Positions 9,143 to 19,469 are shown, counted from the first letter of the stretch. The stretch: DNA of 64,000 nt from Candidatus Gottesmanbacteria bacterium (GCA_023245415.1 JAHFKJ010000002.1:12286-76285), one strand, 5' to 3'. Translations and numbers: made by a program. The notes: generated by a model from the sequence alone, not told the origin.

Positions 9143-9157
9143 AATTATCCTCTCGTG

Positions 9158-10360
9158 TTAATAACTTATTAAAATTGTACTTTCGGGCGTCACATTTTTA
9201 ATCCCGTATTCAAATGCTCCGGCAGGAATAAAACAGGAGTGTCCGGTGGTAACGTTGATACTGGTATGACTCGTAAACACTTCAATACTTCCGGATTTTA
9301 CGAAAATATGGCGGAAATGATCAATTTTTTCCGTAAACCAAGCGGGAGTCTTCAATATGACTTTTTCGAGTGTATAATATTTGGATTCCAGAAGCCGGTG
9401 ATGTTCATACGATTTACTCACTTTGAGTGGTTTTGTTACAATCATATATGTTGATGGATTATTGGCCTGAGTTGTGCGATCGATGTATTTGAAATAATCA
9501 ACAATATGCAGAGGTCTTACGTTACCTTCCGGTGAAATTTTACCTTTGTCAAACGCGCGAATCGTTGAATCTTCATCGAAGACATTCAGTTGAAGTTCAT
9601 ATAAAACATTGCCCCAATGAAAACGTGTTTCATCTTCTTCCCATGAATGGTGGATACCTCCTCCAGACAGGTCTAATAGGTCGTCTTTTTTGATTTCAAC
9701 CCTGTTAACGAACTGCTGCGGATTGTATAATTCGATTAACCGGACGATTTTTTCCCGGGCAGCTCTGTAAAATAATTTGTTCAATTTAATCTGTTCTCCA
9801 AGTGCTGTAATTTTTGCCTCAAGTTCGGTGACTGTTTTTTCATATTCCGCCCAGTTTATCCCGGGTTTGACTCCGACTGTCGCAATTCCCGGCTCAAAAT
9901 AGTACCAGGATTCAGGCTTGGGTTTCCATTTTGTTGTTGGTGCCATCTGCCCGCTTGAGGGATCATCTTTAATATGAATTTGAAATGAATTGCCTAAGGC
10001 TTGGGTAAATTTTATAAGCAGAGGCATCCATTTTCCGTAGGCATTTACAACGGCGTTTCCCAAAATAGCCTCTGGTTTTTCTGAAATAAGTTGAGCAAGT
10101 GATAAGGAATGGGCAGGCGTGGTCATCTCGCTCACCATGCCTGTCAAACACAATTCGCCGGTGAATTCGCTTTCAGCGCTGGAATTTAATAGCGACAGAT
10201 TGCTGCCATGAAACAATTCGTATGCCTGTCCGATTTTAATTTGCTGGAATTTTTTTTCGCGAGCCCAAGACTTGAAATTTACAATATAATCTCCACCCCA
10301 TGTAGGCTGTTCAACTAGTTTTGGAATGACAAGATATGGTCGTTTTAAGTCAGCACTCAC
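9158..10360 (-). CDS. mannose-6-phosphate isomerase class I-like cupin protein
   Basis: The N-terminal PKLVEQPTWGGDYIV matches the Bacillus-type PMI motif (ExxWGG). Confidence 0.4.
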   Translation of the reverse strand: MSADLKRPYLVIPKLVEQPTWGGDYIVNFKSWAREKKFQQIKIGQAYELFHGSNLSLLNSSAESEFTGELCLTGMVSEMTTPAHSLSLAQLISEKPEAILGNAVVNAYGKWMPLLIKFTQALGNSFQIHIKDDPSSGQMAPTTKWKPKPESWYYFEPGIATVGVKPGINWAEYEKTVTELEAKITALGEQIKLNKLFYRAAREKIVRLIELYNPQQFVNRVEIKKDDLLDLSGGGIHHSWEEDETRFHWGNVLYELQLNVFDEDSTIRAFDKGKISPEGNVRPLHIVDYFKYIDRTTQANNPSTYMIVTKPLKVSKSYEHHRLLESKYYTLEKVILKTPAWFTEKIDHFRHIFVKSGSIEVFTSHTSINVTTGHSCFIPAGAFEYGIKNVTPESTILISY

Positions 10361-10401
10361 TTCTTACATATCCTACCTAAATTCTTCCTAAGTTGCAATA
10401 A

Positions 10402-10716
10402 TTACGGAGAGGGAGAAGGTATGGCGGGTGATGTTTCCGGGATTGTGTTTATCTTAGGTGTCGGATGAACGGTTGGAATTGGTACCACGATATCAATTGC
10501 GGATGGTCGCGGTGGAATTGACGGAGCGATCAACCGCAGGTTGGCTTTGGGATGAGGGCTTGCCGCTTTTTGCGATGTAATAAATGCGATTAAAAATAAG
10601 CCACCGGCGATAAACAATCCCACAAATGCGAATAAAATAAACATCACAGATCCGTTCTGATATTCGCGAGTTTTCATATTAACTATATTGTGTATGAGAA
10701 GCAGGAGTTTTGTCAA
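10402..10716 (-). CDS. small membrane protein with Pro-rich tail
   Basis: Single TM followed by a P/S/T-rich C-terminus. Confidence 0.3.
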   Translation of the reverse strand: MTKLLLLIHNIVNMKTREYQNGSVMFILFAFVGLFIAGGLFLIAFITSQKAASPHPKANLRLIAPSIPPRPSAIDIVVPIPTVHPTPKINTIPETSPAIPSPSP

Positions 10717-10776
10717 ATCGATACCCTAATTATTAGTTAAAGAAAAAAATATTTTATATTCCGTTATACTTTATTT

Positions 10777-11355
10777 GTGACAGCCAGAACACATGATTTG
10801 TTCGCTTTTTCCAGTATAAGTGTAGCCGTGGGAAGGGGCTTTAGTCCGCAAATGTCACTCGCGACGATGCTTGTAGCTTTGGGAGTAACTTTCGTGAGCG
10901 GCTTAGCTCCTGATTTGGATGAGTCGACATCAGCACTTTGGAAGCGTTTACCAGCGGGGTCAGGGTCGATATTAAGTAAAGTTGTCACGCCTGTTTTTGG
11001 CAGTCACCGTTTTATATCCCATTCGCTGATCGGTACATGGTTATTCGGATTATTGTTGCGCCACATTTTAATGTGGACGCAATCATTCTTATTAGTCGAT
11101 ATTAATATAATCTGGTGGTCAGGGATTTTGGGATATGGATCACATTTGGTCGCTGATAGTTTGACGCGGGAAGGAGTGCCATATTTCTGGCCTATACCTG
11201 TTAAATTTGGTTTCCCGCCTATATCCTTTTTTAGAATTAAAACAGGGGGACGAATTGAAAAATATATCGTCTTTCCCGGATTACTGCTTATAAACGCTGG
11301 CTGGATATATTTTCATTATTCTATTTATGTGGCTTTTTTCCGGGGTTTGAAATAA
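10777..11355 (+). CDS. membrane-bound metal-dependent hydrolase, YdjM/DUF457-like
   Basis: Multi-TM protein with HSLIG and GSHLVADSLT motifs typical of PF04307. Confidence 0.45.
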   Translation: MTARTHDLFAFSSISVAVGRGFSPQMSLATMLVALGVTFVSGLAPDLDESTSALWKRLPAGSGSILSKVVTPVFGSHRFISHSLIGTWLFGLLLRHILMWTQSFLLVDINIIWWSGILGYGSHLVADSLTREGVPYFWPIPVKFGFPPISFFRIKTGGRIEKYIVFPGLLLINAGWIYFHYSIYVAFFRGLK

Positions 11356-11429
11356 CGATCATGGTAAGTGTATACGCAGAATCGGATTGTGATCTGTAAA
11401 TTATCTAAAGTTCGCTGTCAACTTATATG

Positions 11430-11501
11430 AGCCGCCTGTCGGGATTGAACCGACGACAACCTGTTTACAAAACAGGTGCTCTACCACTGAGCTAAGGCGG
11501 C
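11430..11501 (-). tRNA. tRNA-Thr (TGT)
   Basis: Reverse complement reads GCCGCCTTAGCTCAGTGGTAGAGCACCTGTTTTGTAAACAGGTTGTCGTCGGTTCAATCCCGACAGGCGGCT. Canonical D- and T-arms. Anticodon loop TTTGTAA gives anticodon TGT. Confidence 0.85.
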
Positions 11502-11931
11502 TTAAGAATACAGTATCCCGCATTCTAAGTTATATTTTAAGCTATTTCGACAACAATTCATAAGAATTATATCATCTTTAATATTTATGAGTTGGGAAAA
11601 AGAATCAGAAAGTAACGGTGTGAAAAAAGAAGCGCCCAACTGAACTAGCAGGCAAAAGAACGTTTTCCCCGATATTCAAATTAGGAAGGCGTATTACTTA
11701 CCGGTAAAGGCAAGTAATTTTACCTCGTCCCCCGATATGATCGGAGTACCCCATCGAGTACTTAGTGGAGGAAAATTGGTTCTCTCCCTTACCCGACCAG
11801 TTGGGCGATATAATACTAGATAATAAAGAAAACAATGTCAATCGGATCGAATAGACCAGTAAGTGAAAACCTGCAGTTGAGTTTAGATAAGATATTTGTA
11901 ATCATATATTGTATCAAATTCAATAGTACGT

Positions 11932-13839
11932 ATGAGTAAAGATAAGTCAGGACACAAAAAATTAGGCTGGTTTTTGTGCTGGGCAATAGTTTTTGCCGAT
12001 ATCGGCACGAGTCTTTATTATGTACCGGGAATATTATTTGGCGAAGTGAAAAATTTAGCTGGTTTGTTTGTCGTCATGAGCAGTGTGGTATTTGTGCTTT
12101 TGGTGATGAAATATATCGAAATCACCGATCGATATCCTGAAGGAGGTGGGGTTGTCACCGTTGCTACACATGCTTTTGGACCCTGGTTTGGAGCGTTGGG
12201 CGGTATATTTATCACTGTCGATTATTTCTTAACTGCGTCAATTTCTTCGGTTTCCGGTTTTGCATATCTTAATTCTATTTTACCGTTGGGAAATTTAATC
12301 ATGTGGTTTGCGATAATAGGGGTAATATTATTGGGTATCCTAAATGTTATTGGCATCAAAGAATCAGCCGGTGTCACTGCATTAATTGCGGTAGCAGCGT
12401 TTATTGTAGATTTAATATTGGTGATTTTCGTGTCTGTTCAACTTCGTCCCGAGGGGTGGCAGCTGATTTTTCACAGTCTCACCCAAGTCTCATCACTGGG
12501 TTTATGGCCGATACTCACTGGTTTTGCTGGATCGTTTTTGGCATTTTCCGGACTTGAATCAATTTCTCAATTGTCTCCGGCAATGGGTTTACCCCGCAAA
12601 AAAATAGCGGGTATAGCGATGGCTTTAGTCGTTGGTTCAATTTTGGTTACATCGCCAATTTTAACTTTATTTTCTACCAATCTTCTAACAGCAAAAATAA
12701 ACGGAAGTAATGAAACCATTTTAGAAACTGTAAGCAGAGTGCGCGATCGGGAAAATCAATTTATTACAACGGCCAATCCAGAAACTAAGGCAATACTAAA
12801 GAATCAAATAATCGCAGGCAAAGAGTTTTCAGAGCGGTTTATTTCTGAGTTAGGTGCGCAATTCGGCGGTGCACCGATCAAAATTGCAGTTGTCCTGACA
12901 GCCTCTATATTGCTATTGTTTGCCGCCAACACTGCGATCATTGGGGCATATCACGTGTTTATAGCTCTGGCGCGGCAGAATTTTTTGCCGCATGCTTTGG
13001 AACTTCATAATGAGCGGTTTGATACACCCCATTGGTCGATACTTATGGCTGTTGTTCCGCCCATAATCATTATTATAGCTACACGGGCTGATGTTGCCAC
13101 ACTTGGTGCGTTGTATGCATTTGGTTTACTCGGTGCTTTTGGATTGTCGTCTTTAGGACTTGATGTAGTGAGATGGCGTGAGGGAAATCGAACCAGTTTG
13201 AAGTTTATTGTAGGCATAATTACAACTATTTTAGTCTTTATTGCCTGGGGAACCAACCTGTATTATAAATCTGCTGCGACTGTATTTGGAGGGACTGTGG
13301 CTACTTTTGGTATGCTGATTGCTTATGTGATGTATATGTGGTTTCCGCATAAGCATCCGGCTGTTGAACTGGTCATTAGCAAAGCTACTGAAGTGTCCAA
13401 AGATCAAATTTTGGTCCCCGTATATGATGAATTTAACCCGCATTTATATGATTTTGTTGCAGATTATGCAAAAAGTACCAAAAAATCAGTTATTCTTCTT
13501 TACATTCGGGAATTTACCGATATACTGCAAACCGTTGCAGATGATATAGAACGGGATGAAGAAGCAGCTGCGTTTTTACGCCGGGCCAAAAGACTATTGG
13601 ATAAGGAAAACATAATCAGTGAATATGTTTATGACGCGACCAATGAGACAGCCTCAGCGATTAATGACGCACGCGATACACTTAAACCGCACATTACAAT
13701 ACTTTCGCCCCACAAACGGCATTCTCGATCAGTTATCGTAAACTTCCTCAAAGGCAATATTGTCGAAAAAGTGTTGCGGCACAAAAACGGGCAGGTGATT
13801 ATTTACACTGGACCAACTACGCGAAGAGTTTCTAATTAG
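11932..13839 (+). CDS. APC-superfamily amino acid permease fused to a C-terminal universal-stress-protein (UspA)-like domain
   Basis: About 12 TM helices with an N-terminal GTSLYYVPG motif typical of APC permeases. The roughly 150-aa hydrophilic C-terminal domain resembles Usp. Confidence 0.55.
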   Translation: MSKDKSGHKKLGWFLCWAIVFADIGTSLYYVPGILFGEVKNLAGLFVVMSSVVFVLLVMKYIEITDRYPEGGGVVTVATHAFGPWFGALGGIFITVDYFLTASISSVSGFAYLNSILPLGNLIMWFAIIGVILLGILNVIGIKESAGVTALIAVAAFIVDLILVIFVSVQLRPEGWQLIFHSLTQVSSLGLWPILTGFAGSFLAFSGLESISQLSPAMGLPRKKIAGIAMALVVGSILVTSPILTLFSTNLLTAKINGSNETILETVSRVRDRENQFITTANPETKAILKNQIIAGKEFSERFISELGAQFGGAPIKIAVVLTASILLLFAANTAIIGAYHVFIALARQNFLPHALELHNERFDTPHWSILMAVVPPIIIIIATRADVATLGALYAFGLLGAFGLSSLGLDVVRWREGNRTSLKFIVGIITTILVFIAWGTNLYYKSAATVFGGTVATFGMLIAYVMYMWFPHKHPAVELVISKATEVSKDQILVPVYDEFNPHLYDFVADYAKSTKKSVILLYIREFTDILQTVADDIERDEEAAAFLRRAKRLLDKENIISEYVYDATNETASAINDARDTLKPHITILSPHKRHSRSVIVNFLKGNIVEKVLRHKNGQVIIYTGPTTRRVSN

Positions 13840-13870
13840 CTAATCATACCCCAACTTGCGCAGTTAACTT

Positions 13871-14518
13871 TTAGATAACTCCTATTTTTCCCGGAAGTAA
13901 GAATTTAAATAAGAAATCTAGCGGTGGGTTTATAAGGTAAGAAATTGGGGCAGTTTGCCCAAAAACTGGCAAGAGTAAAAAAATCAGGAATATGATTCCA
14001 TATCTCTCCAAACTATACCATTCCCGAGCTTGTTGGGGACTTAAGAAACCACCGACAATTTTGAATCCGTCCAGAGGATGGATGGGTATTAAATTAAATA
14101 CCGCCAAAACACAATTAGTAGTGATTAAGGTTATCAATAGACTGGCAAGACTTAACGATGATTGAAACAGTAAAGGATTGGCTAGAGAAAAAAATATTCT
14201 AAGCATAATCGATGCAATAACAGCAAAGATTAAGTTGGTTGCAGGTCCAGCCAAAGAAATGATAGCAGCATCACGCCGAGGATTGCGCAAATTAAACGGA
14301 TCGAACTGGACAGGTTTTCCCCAGCCAAAATGGGCAAATAACATAAGCACCGTTCCTACTGGGTCAAGGTGAGCTAGCGGATTTAGAGTTACTCTGCCTT
14401 GATGACGTGGTGTGGGGTCGCCTAAATAATCGGCGACAAACGCGTGTGCGAACTCATGAATCGTAATAGCAATTACGAGGGAAATGGCATAAATAATGAA
14501 ACTAGCCGGATCAGTCAT
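13871..14518 (-). CDS. site-2 protease family (peptidase M50) membrane metalloprotease
   Basis: HEFAHAF zinc motif and an LDG segment within a polytopic membrane protein. Confidence 0.55.
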   Translation of the reverse strand: MTDPASFIIYAISLVIAITIHEFAHAFVADYLGDPTPRHQGRVTLNPLAHLDPVGTVLMLFAHFGWGKPVQFDPFNLRNPRRDAAIISLAGPATNLIFAVIASIMLRIFFSLANPLLFQSSLSLASLLITLITTNCVLAVFNLIPIHPLDGFKIVGGFLSPQQAREWYSLERYGIIFLIFLLLPVFGQTAPISYLINPPLDFLFKFLLPGKIGVI

Positions 14519-14588
14519 AATTATTAAATTTCTGGAGATGAACCTAGTATACAGGAAAATAAGTTAGAATCAATTGGGCGGAAAATTT

Positions 14589-14921
14589 TTACCGGGCGGA
14601 AGGTTTTGGCATTTTGGAATTGCGGGGACTCGGAAGTGTTTGGGGGAGACGACATGTCCAGACACCGCAACCGTTGAGATCGTTGACATATTCGACTCCA
14701 TTGGTACAGCGTTTTGATAGTTCTGAGATCAAATCTTTGGGATCAGTTTCTGATTGGGGACACATTATTCTGGCTCTAGTAGTTATTGCGGTCTGCTGCA
14801 TAATATAGCCAACGATTACTACCAATATGAGGGCCAAAATGAGAAAAAGAACAAAATGCATTGAAGGATTAATTGGTGAAATATTATAAGATCGAGTAGA
14901 AGTTATTTTCTTCCTTTTCAT
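14589..14921 (-). CDS. small membrane protein with Cys-containing C-terminal segment
   Basis: One TM helix. C-terminal CTNGVEYVNDLNGCGVWTC. Confidence 0.3.
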   Translation of the reverse strand: MKRKKITSTRSYNISPINPSMHFVLFLILALILVVIVGYIMQQTAITTRARIMCPQSETDPKDLISELSKRCTNGVEYVNDLNGCGVWTCRLPQTLPSPRNSKMPKPSAR

Positions 14922-15225
14922 GTAATATAAAGCGTAAAAGTTTTAGGAAGAGTTGTCAAGACCCCAGTTTCGTGTTATACCTTTCGCGTTTGAATATGCT
15001 CCCTGCCTGCGCTCCGTCGGCCAAAGCCTTCGGCGACGGCGACCACCAAATAGGATAACGTCAGGCAGAGCCTGATCTAACTTCGCTAAACATTCTTTAT
15101 TGATTTTGCAACATATATTGTTTTTGAAAAGTTGCAAAATCAAGTAAGAATAGTATAAAATATATATGCGTTTTGGGAACATGTTTTAGTAAGCAGATCA
15201 ATAATAGATCCTAAACGTACACGAT

Positions 15226-15495
15226 ATGGGATACCGATGTTACAATTGCGATAAAGGGAATTGGCATAGCACCAGGAGCCAGCATCACAAAGGAGTGGCA
15301 GGTGGTACTTGGAAGCATAAGGCGCAAAAATCAGCCAAGCTGTTTAAAGCCAATTTACATTCATTACGTGTAGTTCTTGACGGAACTATTAAACGGATCA
15401 GATTGTGTACTAATTGTATTTCACTCTTGAAAAAAAGAAATAGAATTCCTCATATGCATATTTTGAATACACAAGCTGTAGTCAAAGTGAAATAA
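15226..15495 (+). CDS. rpmB: 50S ribosomal protein L28 (Zn-ribbon variant)
   Basis: The C..C...C pattern and ANLHSLRVVLDGTIKRIRLCTNCI align with the L28 family pattern (NL..R......G......VS..AL). Confidence 0.55.
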   Translation: MGYRCYNCDKGNWHSTRSQHHKGVAGGTWKHKAQKSAKLFKANLHSLRVVLDGTIKRIRLCTNCISLLKKRNRIPHMHILNTQAVVKVK

Positions 15496-15499
15496 TTCA

Positions 15500-16453
15500 T
15501 CAGTGACAATTTTCAAGCAATAAGTTCATCTCCTTTGCGCGTATTGGATTTTTTCCTTCAATCTGAATTTCATCGAGAACTAGTTTTAGTGACATACCAG
15601 ATGTGACAGGTGAAATGTGTGTTTTTAAAATTTTTAATCTCTTTTTTGCAGATCCAAAATCCTGATTCTTAACTTTGACTAATGTCCACAGTCCAGGCCA
15701 GGGATGAAAAGCCCGCCACTTCCGTTCAATACGTTTGGCTTCTACAGCCATTTCTATTGCAGCTTCGATTTTTTTCCAAGGTTCAAATCCGTGGTCACGG
15801 GTGAGACGGGGAAAGTAAGATGGTGACAAGCCAGATGTGACAGGCGACATGTTAGTTTTTTGTATAAATTCGGGAAGGACTTTAACTAACAAATCTCCAC
15901 CTAATTTAAATAAGCGTTTCAGAATAGTAACAGTAGTGTCGCTGTCAAAGATCGGCTCTTTTATTTGCCCGATTATTTTTCCTTCATCAAACCGGTCGGC
16001 TAACGTGACGATTGACACACCGGTTTCTTGTTCACCCTTTAGTAGTGCCCAGGGGACAGGTGCCGGGCCGCGATATGCTGGAAGCAGTGACGGATGGACG
16101 TTGAGTCCGCCGTATTTTATGTGGTTAATCAATTTCGTGGGAATTTTTTGGGTATAGTCGGCAGTGATAAGCAGGTCAGGTTTAACCTCGAGAATCCGAT
16201 CTGTGACCTCATTTTCATCTGAAAACAGCCAAGGTTTATCTGTCTGAGATTTAGGAGAAATAATTGGCAGTTGTTTATCTTGGGCCCATAAAGCTACCGG
16301 AGTTGACATAAGGATTTGTTTTCTGCCAACGGGTCGGGCAGGTTTAGTGATGACGCATGCAAATTGATAGCCGGCAGCAAGTAATAAATCAGATACGATT
16401 AATGAATATTCGGGTGTCCCAAAAAAAGCGATCCGTGGTAGCATAAATTTCAA
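15500..16453 (-). CDS. fmt: methionyl-tRNA formyltransferase
   Basis: N-terminal IAFFGTPEYS, NVHPSLLPAYRGPAPV, and a C-terminal Fmt domain. Sits downstream of def in an operon. Confidence 0.85.
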   Translation of the reverse strand: MKFMLPRIAFFGTPEYSLIVSDLLLAAGYQFACVITKPARPVGRKQILMSTPVALWAQDKQLPIISPKSQTDKPWLFSDENEVTDRILEVKPDLLITADYTQKIPTKLINHIKYGGLNVHPSLLPAYRGPAPVPWALLKGEQETGVSIVTLADRFDEGKIIGQIKEPIFDSDTTVTILKRLFKLGGDLLVKVLPEFIQKTNMSPVTSGLSPSYFPRLTRDHGFEPWKKIEAAIEMAVEAKRIERKWRAFHPWPGLWTLVKVKNQDFGSAKKRLKILKTHISPVTSGMSLKLVLDEIQIEGKNPIRAKEMNLLLENCH

Positions 16454-16527
16454 ATTAGTCTAATTTCTTATTTTTCATAAAAATATTATCTTATTAAGAA
16501 TTTGGTCGAACAGTAGTTTGATTAATT

Positions 16528-17070
16528 TTAAATATCAATTGGTGTAAGAATTTCTTCACCCTTAGTATCATGAGTGATCGTGTACAATTTGTTACACTGT
16601 TCAAGTACCCGGCGGGGGAATAAAACACCGTCAAGATGGTCCATTTCATGCTGAATAATTATAGCTTCAAAGTCAGAAAAAACAGCTTCATGTTCCTGTG
16701 ATTTTTCGTCCATATATTGGAGAGTGATAGATTTGTGTCGATTAACGAGTCCCCAAACATTCGGTATAGATAAACAGCCTTCAAGTTTAAATTTATCGTC
16801 CGGGATGCCTTTCAATAATTCATCGCTTAAAGTGATGAAACGCGGGTTAATAAATACACTGGGTTCATTCTTTTCAGTTGGTTTAATGACAAAAATGCGC
16901 ATAGATTTGCCTATTTGTGTAGCTGCAAGTCCGACGCCTTTCGGATCAGTAGCGCCATTTAGCGTATCAATAAGTTCGGAAATGATTTGCTGAACTTTTT
17001 TATCAATTTTCGCTACTTCCTTAGTTGGTGTCGTCAAAACTTGGTGTGGAGTCTTGATGATAGGTTTCAT
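16528..17070 (-). CDS. def: peptide deformylase (second copy)
   Basis: Carries GVGLAATQIG, EGCLSIPN and QHEMDHLDG motifs. Confidence 0.85.
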   Translation of the reverse strand: MKPIIKTPHQVLTTPTKEVAKIDKKVQQIISELIDTLNGATDPKGVGLAATQIGKSMRIFVIKPTEKNEPSVFINPRFITLSDELLKGIPDDKFKLEGCLSIPNVWGLVNRHKSITLQYMDEKSQEHEAVFSDFEAIIIQHEMDHLDGVLFPRRVLEQCNKLYTITHDTKGEEILTPIDI

Positions 17071-17125
17071 GTTGAATTTGATATTCAGATATTAAGATAT
17101 GAAGATACTTAATCCTAATATACTT

Positions 17126-19294
17126 CTATTTTAATTTCTCCAGTTTCTCCTTAGCTTCTTTGTCATCGGGATTTATATGTTTTAAAACAAATTCGAGAGC
17201 GGTACGGGCTTTATCGGGCTGCTTTTCATCTTCATAATAAATACTCAATGCCAGATACGCATCGCGATAATCAGGCTTTAGTTCTATTGTTTTTTGCAGT
17301 TCATTTATAGCATCACGATTTTTATTCAGACGCCCATATAATACTGCTACATTATAAGAGATCCGCGGATCAGTGGGTGCGAGTTGGGCGGCTACAAGAA
17401 TCGATCTTAATGCTTCTTCGGTAAATTCAGGTGCATATGACGAGAGCATAAATAACAGTCGGGTTCGGGTTTTCCAATAGATTACATTTTGTGGGCTGAT
17501 TTTTAAGGCGATGGTCGATGAACTGATAGCATCTTGAGCAAGATCTGCAGCGTGTGTGGCGTCTTTTTCTTGAAAAAATGCATCGGCCAAGTTACTGGCA
17601 ATATTGGCCTTTTCATCATAAAAATTTGGTTCATCACTTCTTACTTCAATTGCTTTTTTTATTAACTCGTAGCTTTGGACGTACGAACTTTGCCTTGTTG
17701 CGGCTAAAGATTTTGCGTACAAACTATCGCTATACCACAGGCGGAAAATTGAGATAAATGTAATAATTACTGCAAATACTACCATAGATATAACAACAAG
17801 TTGCGGAGTACTTGGAGAAATACTTTCCGTAAGTTTTGTTTCATCATAAAATTCGGTTTCTGATAACGGGTCTAATTTTATAAGCAAGGCCGGGGTCATA
17901 AAGAAAAATATGCCGATGATAACAACAGAAAAGCCAAAAAAATTGGTAATTTGGATGCTTACAAAAACCGCAATTAGCGCAAGTATTAAAATATTTTTTT
18001 GATTATCGGTAATAGTAAAAATACGTTTAATTCCATATATCATCACGACTACTGTAAAAAATAAATAAGTCACTAGTCCGGTAAGACCCGAAGTAGCAGT
18101 GATGTTTAATAATTCGTTATGCGCCCGGTTATACAAAAAATCCCATTCAGACGTCTGGTTGTGTTCAACCGGACGAAACCGATAATAAGCATAAGCGAAT
18201 GTTTCCGGGCCGGTTCCAAACAGCGGATAGGCTTGTATGATTTCCACAGCTCCTTTCCAGACAATCTGGCGGATATTTGCGGAGTCAGTAATTCCCACGC
18301 TGATAATCGTTTCTCCGGCCGGGATTTTCATTTCTTCGACCACTTTTTGTTTATAAAATATGTCGACCGTGAGAAACTTGTTGTATTGGGGAATAGGCGT
18401 CCGGATGAGAAAGTTGAGGAACAGGAGTAATAAGTTGAGGATTAAGAATACGGGAAAAAGTAGTCTGAAATCACGGCGCTTAATCCAAAAAAGGACCGAC
18501 CAAAAGACCCCGGCAGAAATCCAAAAGCCTAAGAATCCGGAACGGGATTTGGTGTATAAGAGGCAGATGTAAAAAATAAATATCAATAATAAATAAATAA
18601 CAATTTTCCCGCTATTCAAGAATATCGGTTCTACGTCATCGGTAGCCGTTCCTCTGTTTAAGAACGAGGGGGTCTGCTTACTAGCAGGTTTGTAAGAGGA
18701 AGGTAATTCAAAAATTAAATGGGCAATTGCGATAAGAAGTAGAAAGACGATATATGCAGCCAACCAGTTCGGCTGACCCAGTGTTGAAAAAACCCGGGCG
18801 CGTACATCCTGCACCCAGATATGCACGTCAATACCAAAATGTTGCGCAACCCCAAAACTAGCGACAATTAATCCGGAAGCAAGCATAAAAATAATTAAGC
18901 GTCGAATATTAATAGTCTTTTTATTAGCGGTAAACGCAAAGAAGAGCAGTGTGTAGCTGATTGTAGATAATAACCCGCCATGGAAGCGCGAATAATAGCC
19001 AAAGATTGACACATGCCGGTCAATTGAGAAAAGTGTTGAAAGTATTTGGGAAAGTAGAAAAAGCAGAAGCGGGAGATCAAAGGGAGTACGATGAAAAACG
19101 ATTTTCCTACGCAATATCATTTTACAGATCCAGATTCCAACCACAAAAGTCGTAATGACATAGACAAATATCATCTTGTTCCATTCAAAAAGTTCAGATG
19201 ACGGGAAATCTCGATTCGGATTAAAAATCACTGGAGTAAAGAAAAACAGCGCGTAAAATGCGTATTCAATCAGTTTATTAAGTAGTAAGAGCAT
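17126..19294 (-). CDS. polytopic membrane protein, O-antigen-ligase-like, with C-terminal TPR repeats
   Basis: More than 10 TM helices, followed by a roughly 200-aa TPR-like repeat region (AIELKPDYRDAYLALSIYY etc.). Confidence 0.4.
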   Translation of the reverse strand: MLLLLNKLIEYAFYALFFFTPVIFNPNRDFPSSELFEWNKMIFVYVITTFVVGIWICKMILRRKIVFHRTPFDLPLLLFLLSQILSTLFSIDRHVSIFGYYSRFHGGLLSTISYTLLFFAFTANKKTINIRRLIIFMLASGLIVASFGVAQHFGIDVHIWVQDVRARVFSTLGQPNWLAAYIVFLLLIAIAHLIFELPSSYKPASKQTPSFLNRGTATDDVEPIFLNSGKIVIYLLLIFIFYICLLYTKSRSGFLGFWISAGVFWSVLFWIKRRDFRLLFPVFLILNLLLLFLNFLIRTPIPQYNKFLTVDIFYKQKVVEEMKIPAGETIISVGITDSANIRQIVWKGAVEIIQAYPLFGTGPETFAYAYYRFRPVEHNQTSEWDFLYNRAHNELLNITATSGLTGLVTYLFFTVVVMIYGIKRIFTITDNQKNILILALIAVFVSIQITNFFGFSVVIIGIFFFMTPALLIKLDPLSETEFYDETKLTESISPSTPQLVVISMVVFAVIITFISIFRLWYSDSLYAKSLAATRQSSYVQSYELIKKAIEVRSDEPNFYDEKANIASNLADAFFQEKDATHAADLAQDAISSSTIALKISPQNVIYWKTRTRLLFMLSSYAPEFTEEALRSILVAAQLAPTDPRISYNVAVLYGRLNKNRDAINELQKTIELKPDYRDAYLALSIYYEDEKQPDKARTALEFVLKHINPDDKEAKEKLEKLK

Positions 19295-19469
19295 GTGGAA
19301 ATTGTATCATAGGAGTAAATATGACGCAGAGAATCTCATACACTCGACAAACCCATGACAAAACTCATAATATCGCAGTAGAATGATAATGAGTTCTTCA
19401 ACACGTGGAGTGTCAGTAAAGATGTAGAAGTCTCTATGTTATACTGCGACAAAAGGTAATTGATGGTTT

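Noticed and set aside
14943-15182. Minus-strand ORF 14943..15182 with poly-Arg (GGRRRRRLW)
   Set aside because: The translation reflects the GC-rich palindromic DNA (cgtcggc/gccgacg) and is compositionally implausible. The region is better explained as structured noncoding DNA.
17126-19294. Assignment of the 722-aa membrane protein as a definite O-antigen ligase (WaaL)
   Set aside because: Only the topology and the TPR tail are evident. The Wzy_C signature could not be verified by eye, so the call is kept generic.
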